Positions 23,401 through 29,309 are shown, numbered from the stretch's first letter. The stretch is 40,161 nucleotides of DNA from Nitrospirota bacterium (GCA_046753905.1 JBHHUU010000003.1:1-40161), one strand, 5' to 3'. Notes: a model not told the origin generated them from the letters alone. Made by a program: numbers and translations.

Positions 23401-25217
23401 TTGATAATAGTGCATCATCAGCACTCAGGGATGGAAATCCATTTAATGGCGAGCAATATTATTTCCGTACCAGTCTTAACTTTGGATCGCATAACTTCTA
23501 CTTTTCTGCATCAGACGGACAGAATAGAGTTGAGATGCCGCTTAGTGGAACAATCAATGGACCAAATGTTACATCTGTAGCCTCTGCCACTACATTATCC
23601 CTCTCATATTCCCCTGACCCTGGTTATAATGGAGTAGATGGAGCAGATCCTAATATCGGTGATTCAACCTCATACTTTACCTATAAAGTTGTATATACGA
23701 GTAATACAAATAATCCTCCTGCTGTCTTAAAAGTCAATTTAGATGGGGATATGATTGGGGTTCCAATGAAACCTGATACCCTTGCCGGAGATCCAACACT
23801 TAAAGATGGCAATTATCAGAATGGCGAACAATATTATTATGTAACAAAACTGGCTCAGGGATCTCATACTTACTATTTTAGTGCATCTGATGGAATAGAA
23901 TCGGCTGATCTTCCTGCACAGGATGTAAGAAGCGGTCCGGAAGTGGGTAATACAATACAGGGTTCTGTTACTACAAATCCTGTTACTGACAGTACAGTTG
24001 CCACAAAACCCTCAAATGAGGTATCAGTGACATTTACACAGATCACATCGAGCGGTACAACCGCTGCATATCGTCAAACAGCTAACAAACCTCCTGCACC
24101 GACTGGTTATAAGATCAATAATAATGCCTACTATGATATAAGTACTACTGCAACCTTTTCTGGCAAGGCAGAGGTATGCATTAACTACTCACAGGATCAG
24201 CTTGCTGGTATAGGAGAATCCAGCCTGAGATTATTCCATTACAGCAGTGTTACAAATAAATGGGAGGATATAACTACATCCCTTGATACTGTTCATAACA
24301 TAATATGTGGTCTGACCACAGGTTTTTCTACCTATGGATTTGGCGGCAAGACTCCGACACTTGTTACATTGACCTCATTTGCTGCTGAAGTCGCAGATAA
24401 TAATATAATACTCAGATGGACAACTGCCTCAGAACATGATAATGAAGGTTTTAATATTTACAGGAAAACATCTGCTGATGGACCTTTAATGAGGCTTAAC
24501 AGTTCATTAATCCCTTCCAAAGGTGGATTGACAAGCAGCAGTGAATATTACTTTACGGATACAACAGCAGAGAGAGGAAAAACATACTATTATCGGATAG
24601 AAGATATAGACATACATGGAATAGCCACACTCCAGAGCATGATATCAGTCACTAATATTATAGATGATGCTGTAGAGATATTGCCAGTCAGGGATGACAT
24701 GAAAGAGGATCGCACTATTTCGGATATAGATGATACAGATATGGTTGTTCAAAATGAGGTTCAGATACCAGCAGCAGATAGAGAAGAAGATAGGATTGTC
24801 TACTATGATATATCGAGCGATGAGGAGACAGAAGGAGCAGATGCAGAAAAAGAAAAGAGAATAGATGATGATATCCTCAGGAGATATCTATTTGAGGTGG
24901 AGAGAGATAAGGAATCTATAAAATTAGTATGGAAATCCTCTGACAGAGATGAAATAGGGTTTAATATATTAAGAAGTAATAATGAGGATGGCACATACAT
25001 AAGAATCAACCCTTCGGTTATCTCTTTAGACACGGATATGATGATTGAGAAAGGGCAGATAATAGACTATACATATTCTGACACTGATATTCTACATGGA
25101 GACAGTTATTATTATAAACTGGAGATAATCGTTAATAATGGTGATACAATACATATTGGACCGATACCTGTAAAGGCGGCTGAGACAAAACGTAACTATT
25201 CAGCTAATACAGAGTGA
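8478..25217 (+). CDS. Giant (~5,579 aa) secreted multidomain surface protein or adhesin
   Basis: Uninterrupted ORF. Signal peptide from ATG 8478 (the track start at 8388 lies within the promoter). Asp-box SxDxGxTW propeller, 6 IYYTTDG chitobiase-C-like repeats, 34 FN3 repeats, 5 YTYKVxYxD repeats and 2 terminal FN3-like domains. Confidence 0.92.
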   Translation: MYLFNRISVRGIILLGILFYGLLGFNITAGAIYYHTEPPDTRLDLGSAQGTEKSEKPKVISDGGGHVYVVWEDKRDGKSDIYFNYSQDNGATWQNPDIRIDLGDNPGKYKSKNPVIAITNKEGESVTDKRYVYIAWVEKREKKKEGIYLNYSQDNGATWQSSAIEISRDKKPAKYSIPSVYAISDGHIYVLWHSTTKGKSYLFLNYSTDYGATWQPNAIKINRSGFTQPHESDEAYNTHGGIPIAAFPNGMVHVFWSQDVNGKEQLFSNYSMDFGLTWQGTDIRVGTGTGDSKHVALYHSPTDGHIYVVYEDNRDGDWGVYLSHSDMHGMPGTWKPDIRIDVGYGVQGSHSAKHPAIGGTNSHIYVSWLDLDKTVPSNDNRDIYFNVSTNHGETGSWLAASLRLNTSHPAGTFDAEPLHLRANTSGRVFVCWEEKHDNNGVEGEEIRLNYSDDYGSTWLSADIRVNNPPPNATNNEAEHHFSYLDDSGLLSFVWEDNRNGKMDIYYNRAMGGTAVDTESPVTTAVPIGDIYGAQLTVDLTATDNKDPIPTIYYTTDGTDPTVGGTTTISGPSPVTGIPITVTGLTILKFFAVDSSGNSETINTEQYTIDTSFPTTTASPPGNRYGSAQSVTLTANEPATIYYTTDGTTPAVGGPTTTSGPSPVTGIPISAEGITQLKFFAIDMVGNNEPINTEQYIIDTTPPTTIAEPIGTRVADPTVGVFATPIHVRLIPDEVATTYYTIDGSNPTTQSPVMGFDIHITGNTLLKFFSVDIIGNQEAIKSENYVIDTIPPVSSASVTTGTYRNPQTVTLSVTDNYDPTPLIFYTTDGSEPTMASILYTAPITISTTTTLKFFSMDMVMNHETTNTEVYTIYPLTAASPVGGIYSTTQYITLTSDPPSTIYYTTDGTTPVPGNPNTTSGMSPVTNIAIASSLTLNFFAVDSYGNTEPLKSETYTIDNNPPYTTASPVGGIYTGSQSVTLSAVDDTDPAPTIYYSLDGVDPTIGGANTYSGASPVQGITISSNTVLKFFAVDNLGNTEGIKREDYTIQVPPSVGHSWIWAIDDGARPTPRTQSDGTPIIVKTNGTGAKDPILRLRMVEYVDQGFTNEPITLVYTTDPTWSSNFFIVGEPGSAPSATNKFRFRNSQWIIHEGTAAFPSIFFDPMMSNLTISGIEIENYPALHSVTGDKYYEHDISLEYLGDETDTYYFRGVTRGELWSFSSMHGNQGPTVFTIASGQSKYLTFPLESFDTGYIADGLSPDTGSPAASYTYKVVYTDEGGSAPVNPNVYINSVSYIMSVDTGAADPLLSDGIYTNGEQYTYTISGSTLNLGLNNTYYFDFDGIKLPPSGNITGPSIGTDSEQHNWIWAYDNAANPNPRTSYENVPITVQKLGTGMGSPILRLRVMEHTLSSLNNVSLSLYYSTDPTGQTGLREVVDRTGVPLPADKFQFIDSTFLSHAQLLDTAYPAAMPALLLDHIGQSIAGLQIEEGGMVSGYNAGADEWREHDFAIKYIGDETAAYYFFGSSGGNVWTPVDIGGGARLDTLQSSLPIDPTNLVASALSTVAEIDLSWIDNSSNEVGFKIERKIGAGGAYTEIATVGVGAVAYNDTGLLPNTTYYYRVRAYNINGNSNYSNEVFAITPEVNAPGNLTATPLSTSQIDLLWSDNSANETEFVVQRALTQGAYSDIAILPAGSTSYSDTGLSADTEYFYRVMARITGGTNSAWSNEVNVRTLPLPPAAPTSLSVTVVSESRIDLSWIDNAANESGFKIERKIGAGGTYAEIDLIGGNFTNYNDTGLVPNTTYYYRIRATNAGGDSAYSNEASGTTVIITPPNSLSATAVSSSQVDLTWTDLSANETGYKIERKTGAAGTYAQIATVGQDITQFTDAGLIDGISYYYRVRGYNAQADSGYSNEANVVTPLNPPDNLTASTLSNDQIYLMWTDNSSSETGYEIERKTGVAGTYALVATLAANVNTYTDSGLNEITGYYYRIKAVNSVTGSPYSNEVNATTMLNPPTGVTATPVSGSQIDMTWIDNSSSETGYKIERKQGVSGTYTQIATTGADTVTYNDTGLSEAATYYYRVRAYDLIGDSPYSGEISTVTLLNAPGGLAAATVSASEIDLTWTDNSGFEDGFKIERKQGANGTYAEIASLPAGTISYNDTGLTDSTTYYYRVWAYSNTYPASQRSNEASTTTLALPPAAPSGLSSTAVSNNLIDLAWTDNSGNESGFKIERKQGISGTYTQIALTAADVTTFSDTGLNEDTDYYYRIRATNQAGDSGYSNELSALTLLNPPASLTGSAPSDSQISLSWVDNSLKETGYKVERKIGIGGTYAEIADIPADSSSYNDTSLTEFTTYYYRTKAYNATPNSSSYTETSITTLLKFPTVLTAVSQSESQIDLTWIDNSANESNYQVERKEGVSGLYAAIATLPLGTVSYSDTGLTDGTRYYYRVRAVNGAVVSLYSNEDSAVTVLSAPGSLSSSPVSPSQITLTWADNSSSEQGFKIERKTGISGTYSQVATVSANTITYTDTGLIDGTTYYYKIRAANSEGDSLYSNETSAITPLGPPTGASASAISGSQIDITWVDNSATESGYRIERKIGAGGQYTEIGTVGADIISYSDTGLTDGLVYYYQVRAYSAAAGYSAYSNEASAITPIAPPTSLNATVISTSQIDLTWIDNSASEDGFKIERKQGVSGTYIQLPSVILADATAYSDTGLTDGTNYYYRIRATNSNGDSTYSNEVSVWTPLNPPTGLIATTQSESAIKIDWSDQSAAETGFKIERKVGVSGTYTEIATVGAGITTYTNSGLSEFTTYYYRVRATNSGGDSLYSNETSAVTKLNPPSSLIIQVASSSRLDLSWTDNSLAETGFSIERKTDQSGYSVIASPGQNTTVYNDTGVTDGVRYYYRVKAVASGEDSFYSNEASAITPLNPPSGLAASAVSNNQIDLTWTDNSSGETGYTIEQKTGSSGSYSVISQVGAGATSYNVTGLVDGIIYYYRLKAANSLTESLYSNESLAMTPLIPPSNLSASSTSNTSITLTWLDNTPSETGYKIERKTGAGGTYAEIAITGANAVTYLDTGLTGNTAYYYRIRATNAGGDSQYSNEASATTSLFAPSNLTAATLSPSQIRLDWSDNSIDETGFRIERKIGSGGTYTEIATVGTNITMYDDSGLTDSTQYYYRVRAYDINGNSSYSNEANAVTYPLPPAGPSGLNTQVISSSEIMVTWTDNSNNEDGFRIERSTDGVNYQQIATVGVGATSYNDTGLSPNTTYYYRVSAYNTGGGSGYSNTSSNSTLILDIPSGLSAATISDSEIDLTWSDNSSGETGFIIERSLDGVSFVQIAAVGQNITSYNNIGLSPNTTYYYRVKAYNGTGVSPYSNTASNTTYIVNPPSALSAAAISGSQIDLVWTDNSNNEDGFRIERKTGVSGIYAEITTVGPGLTSYSDTGLSAGTTYYYRVRAYNISGNSIYSNEANAMTTPPPPSAPGGLIAAGISSTRIGLNWTDNSNNETGFRIERRTGAAPYQEIATVSADITSYNDTGLTANTVYYYQIRAYNAGGNSGYSNEASTATLVVNPPSGLTANPVSIDSIGLNWTDNSNNETGFKIERKTGVGGTYSLINTVGQNITAYNDTGLLPDTTYYYRVAATNIVGDSPYSNEDSALTKLSLPSGLSAVTLSTNDIQLTWTDNSQEELFYIERREGNVGSFTQIDSVGAGTTTYLDSGLIDGKDYNYRVRGYKSANNNYSGYSNIAVSSTFLETPANLNAAATGSAQLRLTWIDNSVSEDGYEIIRKEGIGGTYTQIAVTGPSAALYDDTGLLEDRVYYYQVRAYNSTGNSPYSNEASALTLLIKPTNLTSQVISGTEVRIDWVDNSNREDGYRIERQDGAGGTYAEIAVVGAGVITYNDTGLTEDMTYYYRVRAYNNTNSNYSQYSGGTIATTLPPPPSAPTSLNITSVSHNQIGLNWTDNSANEDKFKIERKTGIGGTYIEIAIVGAGMTSYTDGGLNELTTYYYRVRAANTGGDSGYSNEVNATTDMNLPSNLTASVLSDSSISLNWTDTNSEISYYIERSTDGQNYTQIATVGADITVYTDTGLNEYTTYYYRVRGYDGSVYSAYSNSASAATLLKAPSGLNAVAQSDSIIQLTWTDNSGVEDGYKIERSLDGVQYTQIATGITTGAYTDTGLSDGTQYYYRVRAYKGTDNSGYSNAANETTPMIAPTGLNAVASSSYQIDLSWTDNSNNETGFKIERKVGTGGTYSLLTTVGTDITSYSDTGLTPETTYYYRIRGYNSNLGIQSFNSNDASAVTFLTPPSGLTATAQSTSQIVLSWTDNTALEDGFKIERSLSSGGPYSEIAAVGVNTASYSDTGLIDGTQYYYRVRAYKGAENSSPSNPENAVTALAAPTGLSAASVSNSQIDLIWTDTSSSETGFKIERKTGATGVYIQIALISSPDITSYSDTGLTDGTRYYYRVKSTNGIAGDSGYSNEANAVTGLNSPTGLSAASVSSSQIDLTWTDTSSSEIGFKIERKTGAGGAYAQIALTASGITSYSDTGLTDGTRYYYRLRTTNSIAGDSGYSNEANAVTGLNLPTGLNAASVSSSQIDLTWTDTSSSETGFKIERKTGAGGAYAQITLTGADITSYSDTGLTQGTLYYYRVRASNNDGDSAYSNETSAQTYSAPVLSFSSEFGYETLDGIHPNIGDISTSFTYKIIYTDADGQQPGGLKVYILKDGALLDANGYQMIKDDPGTNYQNGVQYKYTTTLPAGDVYAYYFYASDGMDTVRYPAAGSFSGPQVAPVLAELRFSNESGYNNDPDINNKGIEPNTGNTATAFAYKLEYGDSQNREPLSLRIHLDGDTIGKPLALDTYAATALKNGVYTDYEQYYYMLTLGEGTNHTYYFSLFDGQYEVRLPSSGILNGPAVSPAANSAPLLNYAQESPYNGSAGVSPNTGSTATLFTFKVIYNDSDFNNLPTYVKVHIDGDVEGVNMTLDNSASSALRDGNPFNGEQYYFRTSLNFGSHNFYFSASDGQNRVEMPLSGTINGPNVTSVASATTLSLSYSPDPGYNGVDGADPNIGDSTSYFTYKVVYTSNTNNPPAVLKVNLDGDMIGVPMKPDTLAGDPTLKDGNYQNGEQYYYVTKLAQGSHTYYFSASDGIESADLPAQDVRSGPEVGNTIQGSVTTNPVTDSTVATKPSNEVSVTFTQITSSGTTAAYRQTANKPPAPTGYKINNNAYYDISTTATFSGKAEVCINYSQDQLAGIGESSLRLFHYSSVTNKWEDITTSLDTVHNIICGLTTGFSTYGFGGKTPTLVTLTSFAAEVADNNIILRWTTASEHDNEGFNIYRKTSADGPLMRLNSSLIPSKGGLTSSSEYYFTDTTAERGKTYYYRIEDIDIHGIATLQSMISVTNIIDDAVEILPVRDDMKEDRTISDIDDTDMVVQNEVQIPAADREEDRIVYYDISSDEETEGADAEKEKRIDDDILRRYLFEVERDKESIKLVWKSSDRDEIGFNILRSNNEDGTYIRINPSVISLDTDMMIEKGQIIDYTYSDTDILHGDSYYYKLEIIVNNGDTIHIGPIPVKAAETKRNYSANTE
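10023..11616 (+). repeat. Six tandem chitobiase/beta-hexosaminidase C-terminal-like (Fn3-associated) repeats
   Basis: Repeating DTxxPxTTAxP...TIYYTTDGxxP...LKFFAVD..GN.E units. Confidence 0.85.
13119..22465 (+). repeat. 34 tandem fibronectin type III repeats (~92 aa each)
   Basis: Counted from PxxL...IxLxWxDNS.xExGFxIER...YxDTGL...YYYRVRA...SxYSN units. Confidence 0.92.
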
Positions 25218-25376
25218 GGGGTGGAAAAGAATTTATAGCGTCACCTTAGTGTTTAGCTCTCACTACTCATAGAGACCTGTTCAGAAATGATGCTGTTGTA
25301 TCTGAATAAACCTATTATAATCATACGCATTATAAAGTCTTTGGAACCCCTTGCTCTGTATTAGCTGAATAGTTAC
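25192..25376. mobile_element. 185-bp non-autonomous IS66-like MITE
   Basis: 23-bp perfect terminal inverted repeats GTAACTATTCAGCTAATACAGAG; flanking 8-bp direct repeat GACAAAAC/GACAAAGC (7/8). GTAA ends and 8-bp target duplications are IS66 hallmarks. Second copy at 40086. Confidence 0.88.
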
Positions 25377-25434
25377 GACAAAGCATTTGGAATCGCACTA
25401 TATTGATGTTAGAAAAAGCCAACACTAATCATTG

Positions 25435-27228
25435 TTAATCGCCTATTCTTCTTGCCTCATACCCTGAATACGTTAATACCTCTTCTCCATCAGCCATAAT
25501 TATTCTAATAGTTTCGCCCTTATTGCTGCCTATTCCTGCGACTATTGCTTCACTGTCGGACAAAGTCAGGAGGGGTAAGCTCGTTTTTCCTCTTGAACCT
25601 ACTTCGTAATCCAGAAACAAAAGTCCATCCTTTTGTAAGAGAGTAACATCTCCTATAGGAAAAAGTTCATCCTGATTAGTGACCTTATAAGTTCCAAGAC
25701 GGGCAAGCCATGAATTAGGGATAGGGCGCATGTTGATTTTTTCTCCGAAGAGGTATCGCTTCCCCTTGATGTTTAATATTATAACTCTCCGACCTGAAAT
25801 CTCCTGAATGGAAACCTCCACATCTTTTATCTGACTCACAGGAAAAAGTCCGAAAAGAATCGGTTTTATCGTAAATCGCCCATCCCCAACAGGCAGCAAT
25901 TGGAAACTCTTATTGTTGAAAGATGCAAAAAGTTTTGATTTTTTCAAATAAACTGTAGCGAGCCCGGTTTCTGTACTGTAAGTCCCTTCGAATCCTCTCA
26001 GTTTTTTTATCGGCAGGATAACAACAGAGGGATAATCTCTTTCTGGTTCAGTCTTCTTTTTTATTCCTGTTTGTGTCTCAATAGCCACATTCAAGATATC
26101 TTCTGCAATTTCTTGCACTGCTGGAAAACCAGTTGACGAATTGGCAAGCACCGCCACACCAAGTTTATGCTCCGGCAGTATAGCAAGATAGCTTGTGAAA
26201 GTAAGGGTTTGTCCACCATGATAGGCTATCCTTGTACCGATATCGTCAAGGAACCATCCCAATCCGACCTTGAAATCAAAGTCAAGCGGGACATCGTTAT
26301 TCTGAGGGGTTAGCATATCTGTTATGGTTTCACTATTTAACACCCTCGTATCTTCAACCATACCCTCTGAGAGTATCACTTGCATGAAGCCTGCTAAATC
26401 TATTACATTAGAATAGAGTGAGCTTGCAGGAATATCCCTTAGTGGCGGTTCGTCATACTCTATACCCTTATTGTAACCCTTTGCTAATAGCTTTTCATTT
26501 CGTTTTTCTTCTGCAAAAGAGGAATGAACCATACCAAATGGTTGTAGCACAGACTCATCCATATAAGAGGTGAACTCGCGGTTGCTGACCTTTTCTACCA
26601 TCTGCCCAAGAAGTGTTACACCAATGTTGGAATATGAAAAGATAAGATCAGGCGGGAAAGAGGTATGTTCATCCTTGAGCATGCCTGCAATCCTTGTAAA
26701 AGCACGGGGGTCATTAGTCCATAACCCCTTATAAAGATTAGCGGGCAGACCAGAGTGGTGGGTCATGATATTTCTGGGGGTTATATGACCAGCATTTGAA
26801 AAACGTGTTTTAATGGAAAATTCGGGTAGATAATCTTTCAGAGGCTTATCTATATCTATTTTACCAGCTTCTGCAAGCTGCATGACAGCAACTGCTGTAA
26901 AAAGTTTGGAAATTGAACCTACACGGTATACTGTTTCAGGAGTTGCCTTTACTTTCTCCTTAATGTCTGCATAACCAAACCCCTCTGCAAAGATAAGATG
27001 ATTTTCGTCAACTAAGGCGATGCTCAAACCTGGCACATCATACTTTTTCATCTCTTTCTTAATCAGCCATGAGGCATAACGACGAGTATATTCATAACCG
27101 TCATTTTTTATAGCCAACGGTCTTACCGGCATAGTAGAACACCCGACAACTGCAAAAATCTGTATTGCTGCAATAATACAGATGATAACTGCTGTTTTGT
27201 TTTTTGCTATATTGCTTCTCAAAATCAT
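25435..27228 (-). CDS. Serine hydrolase, beta-lactamase/AmpC-like (peptidase S12) family lipoprotein
   Basis: SxxK (GSISK), YSN, HGG and MTHHSGL motifs; lipobox-like VVGC; GGAGGT SD before ATG 27228. Confidence 0.9.
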   Translation of the reverse strand: MILRSNIAKNKTAVIICIIAAIQIFAVVGCSTMPVRPLAIKNDGYEYTRRYASWLIKKEMKKYDVPGLSIALVDENHLIFAEGFGYADIKEKVKATPETVYRVGSISKLFTAVAVMQLAEAGKIDIDKPLKDYLPEFSIKTRFSNAGHITPRNIMTHHSGLPANLYKGLWTNDPRAFTRIAGMLKDEHTSFPPDLIFSYSNIGVTLLGQMVEKVSNREFTSYMDESVLQPFGMVHSSFAEEKRNEKLLAKGYNKGIEYDEPPLRDIPASSLYSNVIDLAGFMQVILSEGMVEDTRVLNSETITDMLTPQNNDVPLDFDFKVGLGWFLDDIGTRIAYHGGQTLTFTSYLAILPEHKLGVAVLANSSTGFPAVQEIAEDILNVAIETQTGIKKKTEPERDYPSVVILPIKKLRGFEGTYSTETGLATVYLKKSKLFASFNNKSFQLLPVGDGRFTIKPILFGLFPVSQIKDVEVSIQEISGRRVIILNIKGKRYLFGEKINMRPIPNSWLARLGTYKVTNQDELFPIGDVTLLQKDGLLFLDYEVGSRGKTSLPLLTLSDSEAIVAGIGSNKGETIRIIMADGEEVLTYSGYEARRIGD

Positions 27229-27628
27229 AACACCTCCCATTCATATATACTATCCACACACAATAAACCTTATAAATTAACTTAATTAGTAATTATTCGG
27301 CTATTACAGGGTGAGGGTTTCTTCTTACATTTGATCCTGTTTATGCTATTATATACGAAAAAATAATAAAAAGATTCAGGATTTTTCTGTTTGTCAGTGA
27401 AAATAATATTTAACAAGAATACTCGCCAATTACACCATGCACCATGACCAAGAATGGCAACAGCAAAATTAGATTTAACAGAGGATTTCGTGATGGCTGC
27501 ATCAGACAAAGATGGACTGAAGATGAGATGCAAAATGTGATAGTTATTTTTTTACAGATTTATTTGCCAAAATACAATCAGCACAACTTGATTATTGGTA
27601 AATTAGTAAATTAGGTGTTAAAAATAAT

Positions 27629-27657
27629 TTGACAATGAGAATATTATCTTGTACCAT
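27629..27657 (+). promoter_or_regulatory. Putative sigma70 promoter toward the fadL operon
   Basis: TTGACA-17 nt-TACCAT. Confidence 0.5.
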
Positions 27658-27730
27658 ATTATTTTATAATAATGATATTTTTAAACTCTGACTAATTTTT
27701 TGCTTGACTTAATCTGACTGAAAAAATCAA

Positions 27731-27840
27731 TAGACATCTGCAAAATAGCCGAAAATGTCATTCTGAGTGCAGCGAAGAATCTGTTTTTAAGCTAACATAT
27801 AATGACAAAATGGACATATTATCTATTTTGCAGATATCTA
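27731..27840. mobile_element. 110-bp MITE-like element with an internal REP-like palindrome
   Basis: 18-bp terminal inverted repeats TAGACATCTGCAAAATAG / CTATTTTGCAGATATCTA (17/18); internal GTCATTCTGAGTGCAGCGAAGAATCT. Confidence 0.6.
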
Positions 27841-28008
27841 AGAGATCAAATATAAGGAGGTGAACTTATTAAATTGATAATCAAGAGAGATGATTGACTT
27901 AGGCAAAGTCTGTATAACATAATGTTAAAGCTTTATTTAAGTAAGATAGTAAGATTCTATACTTTTTTATAAAAGTTGACGCATTTCATAACTTAAGAGG
28001 GAATAGTT

Positions 28009-29280
28009 TTGAAAAAAATAATTTTTATTCTCTTAAGTCTACTAGGATTAATCACAACTGATTTCTCTGTCTCCTTTGCTGCTGGTTTTGCTATTAATGT
28101 CCATGGTGCAAAGCCTTCTGGAATGAGTGAGGCATTTGCAGCGAGAGCTGATGATCCTTCTACTATATTTTATAATCCTGCAGGTATAAATCAATTAAAA
28201 GGAACAAATCTATCCTTAGAAACAACAGTTATTCTTCCTAATGTAGAGTTTAATTCAGATATAGGGAATAATTCTGAACAGGATAGACAGGCATTCTTTC
28301 CATCTACTCTCTATATCACTCACCAGATAGATAATAGATTCAGTGCAGGACTTGGTATCTTCAGTCCATTTGGTCTCGGGACAAAGTGGCCTAAAGACTG
28401 GGAGGGCAGGTTTATGCTAACTCTCTCAGAGATAAAGACGATATTTATCAATCCTGCCTTGTCATGGCAGATAACCCCTGATCTGTCTGTGGCAGGTGGA
28501 TTTGATTATGTATTTACAGATGTGAGAATAGAGAGACAGATAAACATGGAACTCTATGGAGGAGCTCCTTCCTCAGAGGGAGATATAAGCCTTAAAGGGA
28601 ATGACACAGGCTCAGGTTATAATCTGGGTCTGTTATATCGTATAGATCCAGATTTAAATGTAGGGCTGACATATAGAAGCCCTGTTAAATTAGAGGTCAA
28701 TGACGGAGATGCTGATTTTACTGTTCCTGCGGGTTTTGAATCAACTTTCTCTGACAGCAAAATAAAGACAGATATCACGCTTCCACCGACAATAATATTG
28801 GGGATGATATTCTCTTCTATGTTAAAGGATCTTGCACTTGAGTTTGATCTTACGTGGACAGGATGGTCAAAAATAGATAGACTGGCAGTAGAATTTTTAG
28901 ATAATAACTTGCCAACTGATATAACAGAATTAAACTGGGATGATGTCTTTTCTTATAGGTTTGGAGGGGAGTATAGATGGAGTGAATCTATTCTGTTGAG
29001 AGGCGGATATGCCTTTGAGAAATCTCCCATGCCGGAAGATAAATATACCCCGGCAATATTGCCTGATGGAGACAGGCATATTATCTCATTCGGAGGAGGT
29101 TATGACCATAATAATGGGTTCGGCATTGATCTCTTTTATCAGATTATTCTGATTAAGGGTGATAAGAATAATAATGTCGGCTCGGAATTGAAATCAACTA
29201 ATGTTGCAGATGCAAGGGCAAATGGAGAGTATAAAACAACAGTAAATTTGGCGGGGATAGGGGTTAAATATCATTTTTAA
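28009..29280 (+). CDS. fadL: OmpP1/FadL/TodX family outer-membrane channel for hydrophobic compounds
   Basis: Signal peptide, AGF N-terminus, ADDPSTIFYNPAG hatch motif, SPFGL, PDGDR, C-terminal Phe. Confidence 0.92.
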   Translation: MKKIIFILLSLLGLITTDFSVSFAAGFAINVHGAKPSGMSEAFAARADDPSTIFYNPAGINQLKGTNLSLETTVILPNVEFNSDIGNNSEQDRQAFFPSTLYITHQIDNRFSAGLGIFSPFGLGTKWPKDWEGRFMLTLSEIKTIFINPALSWQITPDLSVAGGFDYVFTDVRIERQINMELYGGAPSSEGDISLKGNDTGSGYNLGLLYRIDPDLNVGLTYRSPVKLEVNDGDADFTVPAGFESTFSDSKIKTDITLPPTIILGMIFSSMLKDLALEFDLTWTGWSKIDRLAVEFLDNNLPTDITELNWDDVFSYRFGGEYRWSESILLRGGYAFEKSPMPEDKYTPAILPDGDRHIISFGGGYDHNNGFGIDLFYQIILIKGDKNNNVGSELKSTNVADARANGEYKTTVNLAGIGVKYHF

Positions 29281-29309
29281 AGAAATTTAGAATAAAAGGG
29301 GGCAGAAAG

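Noticed and set aside
8544-25033. Many short antisense or alternate-frame ORFs inside the giant gene, some mutually similar
   Set aside because: Shadows of the FN3 and other repeat codons; no independent motifs.
25435-27228. Antibiotic-resistance beta-lactamase
   Set aside because: HGG rather than the AmpC KTG triad, plus a long C-terminal extension; only the fold is supported.
27282-27540. 83-aa minus ORF and a plus-strand coding-like patch (..KLDLTEDFVMAASDKDG..)
   Set aside because: No SD or recognisable family; possibly a gene relic but not supportable.
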